Origin: Clostridiales bacterium
GTDB taxonomy: Bacteria; Bacillota; Clostridia; Saccharofermentanales; Saccharofermentanaceae
Length of the DNA stretch: 64,000 nt
Assembly (NCBI GenBank): GCA_017513085.1
Contig: JAFWDK010000008.1
Location: 9,000 to 72,999, forward strand
Reading direction: 5' to 3'
Under the pieces are notes generated by a model. That model did not search any database. It was not told where the DNA came from and saw only the letters and a list, made by a program, of their open reading frames with translations. Position 1 is the stretch's first letter, and the number at the start of each line of letters is the position of its first letter. A program made the translations under genes and the position numbers. Below, piece by piece: positions 29,494 through 37,743 of this stretch.

Positions 29494-31227
29494 ATGAATG
29501 CAAAGTGGCGCAAATTCTTTTCGTATTATCGTCCCTACATGAAGGGCTTCATCGCGGATATGTTTTTCGCATTAGTCGGCGCCGGAACATCCCTCGTCAT
29601 TCCGCTTATCACCCGCTATATCACCGGCACCGTGCTGGAATCAGGTTTTTCTAACGCCTCCAAAACCATCCTGATCCTCTCCTGCGTCATGCTGGGACTC
29701 CTTGCTCTGGAATTCTGCTGCAATTACTTTATCGCCTATGTCGGACACATGGTCGGCGCGAAGATGGAATACGATCTTCGCAATGAGCTTTTCACGCATT
29801 ACCAGAAGCTCTCCTTCCGCTTTTATGACAATCAGAAAGTCGGAAGCCTCATGTCCCGAGTGACCAACGACCTTTTTGAGATCACTGAACTATACCACCA
29901 CGGACCGGAAGACCTTTTGATCTCGATCATAAAGCTTATCGGATCTTTTGTGATCCTTTGTATGATCAACCTCCGTCTGGCCATGGTTGCTTTTCTGCCG
30001 GTCCCCTTTATGGTCGTTTTCGCCACGATCCTGAACCGCAAGATGAAGCGAACGTTCAAGAAAAACCGCGAGCGCATCGCCGAGATCAATACCCGCATGG
30101 AAGACAGTCTTTCCGGAATACGTGTCGTCAAATCGTTTGCCGGTGAAGACACCGAGATCCATAAGTTTACGGAAGGCAATGATCTGTTTCTCCAGAGCAA
30201 GCGTGACAACTACCGCTATATGGCTATATACCATGCGGTGCTCTGGTGCGTCACCGGCTTGATCTCTGTCGCCGTCATTGCCGTAGGCTCCATCATGATC
30301 GGGCACGATTCCCTGACACTTCAAGATCTCATCGCATTCCTGCTCTACGTAAATAATTACACCGAGCCGATCCGCAAGCTCGTCAACTTCACCGAACAGT
30401 TTCAAAACGGCATGTCCGGTTTCGAGCGTTTCTATGAGATGATCTGCATCGAACCTGATATCGAGGATGCCAAGGACGCCGTAGAGCTTCAAACTGTTAA
30501 GGGCAATATCGATTTCCAGGATGTGTCCTTCTCCTATGGAGACAATCCCACCTCCGAATCGCAAGTGCTTTCGCATCTTGACCTTCATATTGACGCCGGT
30601 GAATATGTTGCGCTTGTCGGACATTCCGGCGTCGGCAAGACCACGATCTGCAGCCTGATCCCCCGCTTCTACGAACCGACCCACGGAAAGATCCTGATCG
30701 ATGGAACTCCGATCGACCGGTATACCCAGCGTTCTTTGCGCAGAAAGATCGGTATCGTTCAGCAGGATGTCTATCTTTTTTCAGGCACTGTTCTGGAAAA
30801 CATCCGCTACGGACGGCCCGGCGCTTCTCTGGAAGAAGTCGTGGAAGCCGCAAAGAGAGCGAATGCTCATGATTTTATCATGGAGCTTCCGAATGGTTAC
30901 GACACGGATATCGGCCAACGCGGAGTCAAGCTCTCCGGCGGCCAGAAGCAGCGTCTTTCCATCGCCCGTGTATTTTTGAAGGATCCGCCGATCCTTATCT
31001 TCGACGAAGCCACTTCTTCTTTGGATAACGAAAGCGAAAAAGTCATTCAGGAATCCATGGAAGAACTGGCCAAAGATCGGACCACGCTGGTCATCGCACA
31101 TCGTCTGACTACGATTCAAAATGCCGGCCGGATCCTTGTACTATCCGAAAACGGAATTGAAGAAAGCGGCACGCACCAGGAATTGATTGAGAAAAACGGC
31201 GCTTATGCCAAGCTGTACAAGACATGA
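29494..31227 (+). CDS. ABC exporter, fused permease/ATP-binding protein (MsbA/type I exporter-like)
   Basis: 577 aa: 6-TM domain, then GHSGVGKTT (Walker A), LSGGQKQRLSIAR (signature) and ILIFDEATSSLD (Walker B). Confidence 0.9.
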   Translation: MNAKWRKFFSYYRPYMKGFIADMFFALVGAGTSLVIPLITRYITGTVLESGFSNASKTILILSCVMLGLLALEFCCNYFIAYVGHMVGAKMEYDLRNELFTHYQKLSFRFYDNQKVGSLMSRVTNDLFEITELYHHGPEDLLISIIKLIGSFVILCMINLRLAMVAFLPVPFMVVFATILNRKMKRTFKKNRERIAEINTRMEDSLSGIRVVKSFAGEDTEIHKFTEGNDLFLQSKRDNYRYMAIYHAVLWCVTGLISVAVIAVGSIMIGHDSLTLQDLIAFLLYVNNYTEPIRKLVNFTEQFQNGMSGFERFYEMICIEPDIEDAKDAVELQTVKGNIDFQDVSFSYGDNPTSESQVLSHLDLHIDAGEYVALVGHSGVGKTTICSLIPRFYEPTHGKILIDGTPIDRYTQRSLRRKIGIVQQDVYLFSGTVLENIRYGRPGASLEEVVEAAKRANAHDFIMELPNGYDTDIGQRGVKLSGGQKQRLSIARVFLKDPPILIFDEATSSLDNESEKVIQESMEELAKDRTTLVIAHRLTTIQNAGRILVLSENGIEESGTHQELIEKNGAYAKLYKT

Positions 31228-31376
31228 CCTGAAACTTCTTCGGAAGCGGCAGATCTTCACTTGCATCTCAAAAAAATCGAACATTTCCACGACATTTTCC
31301 ATTAAAAACTTATAGCCATGCACTTTTCTTTCCCGTATAATATGTATAGAGCTTAAAAACTTAGGGGATGAAAAAT

Positions 31377-32669
31377 ATGAAGAATATCGCACTTAAGCGC
31401 TTTTTGCCGCTTATCTTTGTTTTTTGCATGCTATTTGCATCATTGGGTCATCTTTGTCTTGCCGACGATTCCATCGCGGATGGATCCGGTTATCAGACCG
31501 AGGCTTCGAAGGTCGAGAGTTTCGTTACCAGAATGTACGAGATCACTTTGAACAGAAAACCGGACAAAGACGGATTAGCATACTGGTGCAAGCAGGTCAC
31601 GGATAGAAAGATCACAGCAGGCGGCCTTGCTTTTCAGTTTATTTTCGGAAAAGAATTTCAAAACAGGATCTCCAAGGAGAAAATGACCAGCACCCAGTAT
31701 ATTACCTGCCACTACAAGCTTTTCATGGGGCGTGATCCCGAAAAGAGCGGCCTCGAGTACTGGGTAAATTACATGGGTCAGAAGTGGAATACAGACGCCA
31801 AGAAGAAGGCTTTGTTTGTCGGCTTCGTCAATTCCAAAGAGTTCCGCAAGATCTGCCAGGACTATGGCATGCTCCAGGGCTATTACGATCCGAATCACAC
31901 GCCTGATCAGAATACAAGCGTAGCTCTTTTTGTAGATCGCATGTATCAGATCATTCTCGGAAGAAAGAGCGAGAGCGATGGACTTTTCTTCTGGACAGAG
32001 CAATTACTCACCGGTAAGATCGACGGCGCTTCCCTCGGACTCCAGTTTGCTTTCAGCAAAGAATTCAAGAACCTGAAAGTCAGCAACAAAGAATTCGTTT
32101 CCCGTCTCTATCGTGCTTTCATGGGCAGAGAACCGGATCAGGCCGGCATGGATTACTGGCTCTCCCTGATCGAGGTCGGCGCGCCACGTGAAGCGATCTT
32201 CAATGGTTTTATCCATTCCGCTGAGTTCACCAAAATCTGCAAGACGTACGGTATTACCAGAGGTTCTCTGAACCTTCCTACTACTGAGGTCTATGCCCGT
32301 ATCGTAGCCATCAATAAGCTCCGCGAAGAAAATGGTGCTCCGAAACTTAAGACCACTGATCTGATGCAGAAGTGGGCAGACACTCGTGTTCTTGAGATCT
32401 CCACCTACTTCTCTCACTACAGAAAAGACGGCTCTAAGTATGATAAAGTCGGCCGCAACCTCGGCATCAAGTTCGGCGCCAGCGCAGAAAACATCGCAGC
32501 CGGTTCCGGCGGATGCATGGATAATCTGGATCAGGCACTCAAAGCCTGGATGAATTCCGAGGGTCACCGTAAAAATCTTCTCAACCCGATTTATAATCGC
32601 GCTGCTCTGGGACGTTATGTTGCTCCGGACGGAACCGTATACTGGGCATTGGTACTTGCACAGTGCTGA
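31377..32669 (+). CDS. Secreted protein: DUF4214 repeats (x3-4) + C-terminal CAP/SCP (PR-1-like) domain
   Basis: The signal peptide is MKNIALKRFLPLIFVFCMLFASLGHLCLA. DUF4214 units are present (FVTRMYEITLNRKPDKDGLAYW, FVDRMYQIILGRKSESDGLFFW, FVSRLYRAFMGREPDQAGMDYW). The C-terminus AENIAAGS..AWMNSEGHRKNLLNPIYNRAALG is a CAP domain. ATG 31377 is favoured by AGGGGA 8 nt upstream. Confidence 0.8.
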   Translation: MKNIALKRFLPLIFVFCMLFASLGHLCLADDSIADGSGYQTEASKVESFVTRMYEITLNRKPDKDGLAYWCKQVTDRKITAGGLAFQFIFGKEFQNRISKEKMTSTQYITCHYKLFMGRDPEKSGLEYWVNYMGQKWNTDAKKKALFVGFVNSKEFRKICQDYGMLQGYYDPNHTPDQNTSVALFVDRMYQIILGRKSESDGLFFWTEQLLTGKIDGASLGLQFAFSKEFKNLKVSNKEFVSRLYRAFMGREPDQAGMDYWLSLIEVGAPREAIFNGFIHSAEFTKICKTYGITRGSLNLPTTEVYARIVAINKLREENGAPKLKTTDLMQKWADTRVLEISTYFSHYRKDGSKYDKVGRNLGIKFGASAENIAAGSGGCMDNLDQALKAWMNSEGHRKNLLNPIYNRAALGRYVAPDGTVYWALVLAQC

Positions 32670-32701
32670 TCAGAACTATTCCATCTTATAGCCCGAGATG
32701 A

Positions 32702-33181
32702 TCAATCCGCAACGATATCCGCAAACTGTCCGGATACCGCTTTGCAAAGATCATCCGGCTTGAGATGGATCTGCGTTCCCAGCATTCCTCCGCTTACGAT
32801 AATGGTATCAAAAAGTTGCGCCGTTTCATGAATAATTGTCGGATACTTTTTCTTCATTCCGATAGAAGTCACGCCGCCACGGATATACCCCGTTACAGCC
32901 TGAATATCCTTGACATGCAGCATCTCCAGAGACTTCTCCCCGACGACTCTGGCCGCTTTCTTCATATCCACCTCTTCTGCGATTGGAAGAACAAAAACAA
33001 AATAGTTCTTCGACTTGCCCTGCATGACTAAAGTCTTGAAAGAGGATTCATACGGCTGTCCCAGCATATCCGCGATATGTACGCCATCAATAAACTCGTC
33101 ACACTCGTAATACACCGCTTCGTAAGGTATCTTCTCCTTATCGAGGATTCTCATCGCATTTGTCTTATTTTCTTTTTTCAC
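32702..33181 (-). CDS. ybaK: Cys-tRNA(Pro)/Cys-tRNA(Cys) deacylase YbaK
   Basis: TNAMRILDKEKIPYEAVYYE..KTLVMQGKSKNYFVFVLP..DIQAVTGYIRGGVTSIGMKKKYPT is the YbaK/EbsC pattern. Confidence 0.85.
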   Translation of the reverse strand: MKKENKTNAMRILDKEKIPYEAVYYECDEFIDGVHIADMLGQPYESSFKTLVMQGKSKNYFVFVLPIAEEVDMKKAARVVGEKSLEMLHVKDIQAVTGYIRGGVTSIGMKKKYPTIIHETAQLFDTIIVSGGMLGTQIHLKPDDLCKAVSGQFADIVAD

Positions 33182-33205
33182 GTCAGTACCACCTTTTCAA
33201 AACAA

Positions 33206-34570
33206 TCAGCCGAAGCAATGCTTCTGCAGATACTCACTTATATTCGCGGAAAGAGGCTGTGTCGGCACAGATCCCAACGTCTGAACATTGGACAGGACAA
33301 TGATGATGTCCTCCGTCTCCCGGTTTACGAACACATTCGTGTTATATCCCAGCGTCATGCCGGAATGCTCAATACACGGTCCAATCACATAAAAACCGTA
33401 TCCGTATCCAAAAGCACCGCCGTCGAAGATCTTGTCCCAGCTTTCTTTCTTAAGCAGTTTTCCATCCAGAACAGCATATTCCCACTTCAGAAGGCCTTCC
33501 GCCGTTCCCGTCATCACGCCGACAGCATAGCTGATGCTTGGATCCTGTGAAGGAAAATCAAAATTCCAGAACAAAAGCGATGTTCTTCCCTTAGAAGTCA
33601 GATGATCGATATCCGGATAAAGCTCCGTCAGATCAAGCGGTTCAAGGATGTTCTTTCTGATGTACTCATCATACTTCATACCGGTCAATCTCTCGATAAT
33701 AATACCGAGGAAATAGTAATTTGTATTGCAATACTTAAACTGCGTACCGGGAGTAAACTCCAGATCAAAATACGACATCTGCTCGATCAGCCAATCACCG
33801 GTGATCGGTTTGGTTACCACCGCACGGACCGTCTGTTCCAGAGCATCCAGCTTCGTAAAATCGATCTGGGAAAAATCCGTCATGGAAAAGCCCAGCGTCC
33901 CGGTCTCCAGATAATCCGAAATGCCGGAAGTCATATTCAAAAGCTGATGTATCGTGATCTCCTTGGCATGTGAATATTCCGGAATATACTTATCAAGCGT
34001 ATCCTCCGGCGAGATCAATCCCTGCTCCACGAGCTGCATGATTGCAACAGCCGTAAACTGTTTCGTGATAGAGCCCATCTCAAAAACCGTATCCATCTTA
34101 TTCGGGATCCCCTGCTCGCGATCCGCCAATCCGGACTCTTTCGTCCATACTACTTCCCGGTTCTGCGAAACGAGCGCTACGCCGTCAAACGTGATCCCGT
34201 TGAAATACTTTTCTGCCGTTCCTTTGTCAAAAGCACTGTCAGTATTCCCCGGTGCTGTGGTAGTTTCCGTGGTGGTTTCTTCGGATGTCAGCTCCGTGGT
34301 CTCCGATGTGCTTTCTTCCGTGGTGGTCTCTTCCGAAGTCGTCTCCTCGGTCGTTTCCTCCGTCGTATTCTCGGTGGTAGTCGCCTCTGTCGTTTCTGAA
34401 GTGGAAGTCTCTTCAGATGAAGATTCTTCAGTCGTAACCGATGTCTCTTCCGAAGTTTCACGTTCAGTCGTACGGCGCGTGGAACGCGTCTCTTCCTCAT
34501 TCTTACTGCAAGATGCCATCAGAATGCTGAGAGAAAGGATTCCCGCCAGGATCTTCACTGATTTTTTCAT
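33206..34570 (-). CDS. Serine hydrolase of the beta-lactamase/PBP4*-like family, lipoprotein with Glu/Thr/Ser-rich linker
   Basis: The lipobox is ILMASC. A ~80-aa E/T/S low-complexity linker follows. The SxxK motif is GSITKQF. Confidence 0.8.
   Translation of the reverse strand: MKKSVKILAGILSLSILMASCSKNEEETRSTRRTTERETSEETSVTTEESSSEETSTSETTEATTTENTTEETTEETTSEETTTEESTSETTELTSEETTTETTTAPGNTDSAFDKGTAEKYFNGITFDGVALVSQNREVVWTKESGLADREQGIPNKMDTVFEMGSITKQFTAVAIMQLVEQGLISPEDTLDKYIPEYSHAKEITIHQLLNMTSGISDYLETGTLGFSMTDFSQIDFTKLDALEQTVRAVVTKPITGDWLIEQMSYFDLEFTPGTQFKYCNTNYYFLGIIIERLTGMKYDEYIRKNILEPLDLTELYPDIDHLTSKGRTSLLFWNFDFPSQDPSISYAVGVMTGTAEGLLKWEYAVLDGKLLKKESWDKIFDGGAFGYGYGFYVIGPCIEHSGMTLGYNTNVFVNRETEDIIIVLSNVQTLGSVPTQPLSANISEYLQKHCFG
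34255..34500. repeat. Low-complexity imperfect repeat DNA encoding the (E/T/S)n linker
   Basis: Reiterated ggt(g/a)gt(t/c)tc(t/c)tc(c/g)g-type units on the + strand. On the minus strand they translate to TSEETTTEESTSETTE... Confidence 0.6.
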
Positions 34571-34632
34571 GCTTTACTCCTCTATGCAAAAGGACCTCTT
34601 TACGAGGTCCGTAATCGATATCAAGTCTTTTC

Positions 34633-35070
34633 TTACGCTTCAACTTCTTCGATCTTTTTATAGAAACGGTTCTTTTTAAGCGCCTTATAGTCACTCTTTT
34701 TCATTCCGCTTTGAATCGTAATACTCTCACCGGAATTCTTATCCTCAAGGATAAGATCATATGTCTTGGTCGCTGCGTGATGAACTCCACGAGGAACCAG
34801 ATTTGTAGTAACAGGAGTCGAATCTTTAATGATACGCTTCGCTTCTTTCTTAGCGTCCTTGATGCACTTATCACCGTTGAAGCAAACCGGACAGAAATGG
34901 TAATAGTCCGCGCCCAGCGGGATCAACGGAATAAAGTCAAGATGTCCCCACTTATTAAACTTTACATATGTCTCCTGGTAAGCCTTGTGGCAGAAAGAAC
35001 ACTCTTTCACCTCACCTTTAGGTCCATATACTTTTTTAAATGATCTTACACCATAATAAACTACGCCCAT
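34633..35070 (-). CDS. Hypothetical zinc-ribbon protein
   Basis: 145 aa with CSFCHK .. CPVCFNGDKC cysteine pairs. No recognised family. Confidence 0.55.
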   Translation of the reverse strand: MGVVYYGVRSFKKVYGPKGEVKECSFCHKAYQETYVKFNKWGHLDFIPLIPLGADYYHFCPVCFNGDKCIKDAKKEAKRIIKDSTPVTTNLVPRGVHHAATKTYDLILEDKNSGESITIQSGMKKSDYKALKKNRFYKKIEEVEA

Positions 35071-35237
35071 CTTTGTACGCCTCCTGTGCTTTTCTAAGCT
35101 TCACTCTAAACGTGTTTATTCTCGCATAGATATAAGAAAAAAACAATGTAATCATATTCACAAATCTTTCCTTATCAAACAGGCTACATTAAGAAAGAAT
35201 GTTATAATAGAAGAAGAAATCAAAGGAGGTCTGATGC

Positions 35238-36200
35238 ATGCCGATCATTACCATTTCCCGTCAGATGGGCAGCCTCGGCGACGAAGTCGCACAAGCTCTT
35301 TCCAGTAAGCTTGGCTGGGAATTGATCACAAGAGACCTTCTTATGGAGCGGTTCTTTCCGGACAGCAATCCGGAGCAAAGGCAAAGTCTTGCAGAGAGCG
35401 CGAAATTCTATTTATCCGAATACAAAGACGGTAAGACTTTCCGAGAAGTACTGGAGTCCTCTCTTCTTGATCTGGCGCAGCATCAATCTGCAGTACTGCT
35501 CGGATTCGGTTCCCAGATCTTCTTTTCAGACTATGACAGCGCCATCAACGTCCGCATCGTCGCGCCGAATGACGTCCGTCTCAGCAGGATACAAAGACAG
35601 TTTCACATGACCGAACAAGCCGCGCAAGCGCTTTTGGAATCAACGGACAGAAAACACAAGCGTTTTGTCTCGCACGTATTCTCTGCTGATTCTTCCGATG
35701 TGTCACTTTATCACCTTGTCCTGAATACTGCCTATCTTTCCGTAGACGAATGTGTGGCAGCGATCCTTGCTACCCACAACGAGCATGCGCTCCGTGTCCG
35801 TATCAAGGATGAAACCAAAAGAGAGGGCGCGTACGATCACCAGAAAGATCTTCCTGTTTTTAAGAATCCTTCTGAAGCCGAATTTGCGCGCATTCTCGAC
35901 ATGTACCATATTGACTGGAAATATGAACCGAAGACCTTCCCGGTAGAGTGGGACAGCGAAGGCAATGTAACCCTGGCGTTCAGTCCGGATTTCTATCTGA
36001 CAAGATTTGACACCTATCTGGAACTGACCACCATGGATCAGAAATATGTTACGAAGAAAAACAAAAAGCTGAAGAAAGTCCGCGAACTCTATCCCGGCAC
36101 ACACATTAAGATCGTTTACAAGAAAGATTTTCTGGAATTGGTGGAACGTCTGAAGAGTTTTGACGCACCGCCTGCCGCATCCGACGATAACGAAAAGTAA
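35238..36200 (+). CDS. Cytidylate-kinase-like (AAA/P-loop-like) family protein with an extra ~130-aa C-terminal domain
   Basis: MPIITISRQMGSLGDEVAQALSSKLGWELITRDLL is the cytidylate_kin2 family N-terminus. The C-terminus EFARILDMYHIDWKYEPKTFPVEW..SPDFYLTRFDTYLELTT is a separate conserved-looking module. The RBS is AAAGGAGGTCTGATGC. Confidence 0.7.
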   Translation: MPIITISRQMGSLGDEVAQALSSKLGWELITRDLLMERFFPDSNPEQRQSLAESAKFYLSEYKDGKTFREVLESSLLDLAQHQSAVLLGFGSQIFFSDYDSAINVRIVAPNDVRLSRIQRQFHMTEQAAQALLESTDRKHKRFVSHVFSADSSDVSLYHLVLNTAYLSVDECVAAILATHNEHALRVRIKDETKREGAYDHQKDLPVFKNPSEAEFARILDMYHIDWKYEPKTFPVEWDSEGNVTLAFSPDFYLTRFDTYLELTTMDQKYVTKKNKKLKKVRELYPGTHIKIVYKKDFLELVERLKSFDAPPAASDDNEK

Positions 36201-36212
36201 GAGAGGACTACT

Positions 36213-36743
36213 ATGGAGCAGATCACATATAAGAAGATCCTTTATACCCAGGAACAGCTCGCCAGGCGTATCGCCGAACTGGGCAAGACCATCACTTCCG
36301 ATTATCAGGGTGAAGAACTCGTTCTTCTCGGTGTACTGAAAGGTTCTCTCTACTTCTTCACGGACCTGACCCGCGCGATCGATCTTCCTATCGAACTGGA
36401 CATGCTGGCTGTCGGTAATATCCCTGATACGACCAGCACGACCGGAATCGTACGGATCACCAAAGATGTCGATATCAACATTACCGGCAAACATGTCATT
36501 GTAGTGGAGGACATCATCCGTACCGGGCTGACTACCGCTTACCTGCTCCAGACGCTGGAAGCCAGAAGACCGGCGTCTTTGGAAGTCTGCACATTGCTTT
36601 ATAATCCGGATAGACAACTCATTGATCTTCCTGTCAAATATTTCGGCTTCGAGATCGACCGGAGCTGGTTGATCGGATACGGCATGGATGCTTCGGAAAA
36701 AGGAAGGAATCTCCCCTTCATTGCCGAACTGGAACACAAATAA
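36213..36743 (+). CDS. hpt: Hypoxanthine phosphoribosyltransferase
   Basis: LLGVLKGSLYFFTDLTRAI..KHVIVVEDIIRTGLT (PRPP-binding)..GFEIDRSWLIGYGMD. Confidence 0.92.
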   Translation: MEQITYKKILYTQEQLARRIAELGKTITSDYQGEELVLLGVLKGSLYFFTDLTRAIDLPIELDMLAVGNIPDTTSTTGIVRITKDVDINITGKHVIVVEDIIRTGLTTAYLLQTLEARRPASLEVCTLLYNPDRQLIDLPVKYFGFEIDRSWLIGYGMDASEKGRNLPFIAELEHK

Positions 36744-36761
36744 ATCTATTTCCCTAATAGC

Positions 36762-36792
36762 AAAAGGTGGTCTCATAATGAAACCACCTTTT
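36762..36792. terminator. Bidirectional intrinsic terminator (hpt on +, candidate RNA on -)
   Basis: AAAAGGTGGT (36762-36771) and ACCACCTTTT (36783-36792) form a 10-bp perfect stem with an 11-nt loop. The A-tract on one side and T-tract on the other give a U-tail on both strands. Confidence 0.75.
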
Positions 36793-36818
36793 ATATAAAG
36801 CCTGAGGACAAATTAAAA

Positions 36819-37410
36819 GCTCCAGCGAACCAATCTCACTTCCAATTCCTACGGCCACCCTTTATTATCTGCGAACCTTCAAGATCCTGCTCAACCTGTC
36901 TTCGCGGAATTACTCACCACATGAAGCTGTGCCTTTCCAACCGACCCGAACCCGAAATGTTGTCGTCTCCGAAACCACCCTTTCCATTACCTCTGCTGCA
37001 TCTGCCTGAACTGATTGCCCCATGCTACCAATCCGGTCTCCGATCCAGTTTTTGCAACTTACTCAGTTATGGTCCGTCTCCTACCATCTCTTCGTAATCT
37101 CGACTCCCCGCTTGCTGATTCCCATCATCATCGGTTCATCTAAATCAAGGTTCCAACCTGACCCGCGACTTGTGTCCGCCCTCGCGTACCGTCAATCGCT
37201 GTCCGCTCTCCACTGCTTGCTACTATGGCTCAAACGGTTCCGGTTTTTGCTGTTCCTATTCGATCTCACCGGATCGCCTTCAAAAACGCATCCACCATCG
37301 TTTCCTGACCACTCTCTGGTCTTTCTGTTTTTTTCAACCTCGCCTTGTGTATTCATCAGTGGCGGTTCTCCGTTTGGGAAATGGTGTTAACTCGTATTCC
37401 CTGGAGCTAA
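36819..37410 (-). ncRNA. Candidate large structured non-coding RNA, family unassigned (size class of ROOL/OLE-type ornate RNAs)
   Basis: There is no credible ORF. A near-consensus promoter lies immediately upstream. The 5' GCUCCAG (37407-37401) is complementary to the 3' CUGGAGC (36825-36819). Many local hairpins are present. The transcript strand is purine/U-rich, and a terminator lies about 30 nt downstream. See the findings. Confidence 0.6.
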
Positions 37411-37414
37411 TTTA

Positions 37415-37442
37415 AGTATAGCACGCAATAAACGTATGTCAA
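37415..37442 (-). promoter_or_regulatory. Sigma-A promoter with extended -10 driving the candidate RNA
   Basis: On the minus strand: TTGACA (37442-37437), 16 nt ending in TGc, TATACT (37420-37415). The closing-stem arm GCTCCAG starts 7 nt after the -10. Confidence 0.7.
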
Positions 37443-37687
37443 CACCTTCCACCGCGAAATGCGCAAACTTTTTTATTTCGTTGTGCAACATGCACAAAAC
37501 GATACGTGCTGTTTTTGAAAAGCACCCTTGCATCTTTCAAACTGCGCTACCATCACGGTTTGCGGCTTTCCCTCCATCTTATCTTACCGGTTCACAGCAA
37601 GTGCTTCTGTATCCGTACTACAAAAAAAGTGCGACGATTGTTTACTTTTCGGTCATAATTCCCCACTGTTTCTAACAATACTGTCAC

Positions 37688-37715
37688 TTGGTTTTTCTCA
37701 AAAATCCGTTATAAT
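37688..37715 (+). promoter_or_regulatory. Sigma-A promoter for the 37744 ABC operon
   Basis: TTGGTT (37688-37693), 16 nt, TATAAT (37710-37715). It lies 28 nt upstream of the ATG. Confidence 0.55.
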
Positions 37716-37743
37716 TGTTTTAGTTTAGCATTGGGAGTGTTGT

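Noticed and set aside
35703-36776. 357-aa minus-strand ORF
   Set aside because: It is antisense to the cytidylate-kinase-like gene and hpt (PRPP motif VVEDIIRTGLT on +). No family resemblance.
36819-37410. Possibility that the large RNA is RNase P RNA, tmRNA, or an ORF-less group II intron
   Set aside because: It has no GAGGAAAGUCC-type P4 element. It has no tRNA-like GGGG..UCCACCA ends or tag reading frame. It lacks a GUGYG 5' end and a domain V-like GAGC..GAAA..hairpin. It also has its own promoter and terminator rather than sitting inside a host gene.
37022-37415. 122-aa and 81-aa + strand ORFs in the gene-free gap
   Set aside because: They have no RBS and a Leu/Ser/Pro/Phe low-complexity translation caused by the pyrimidine-rich strand. 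The region is better explained as the antisense of a structured RNA.
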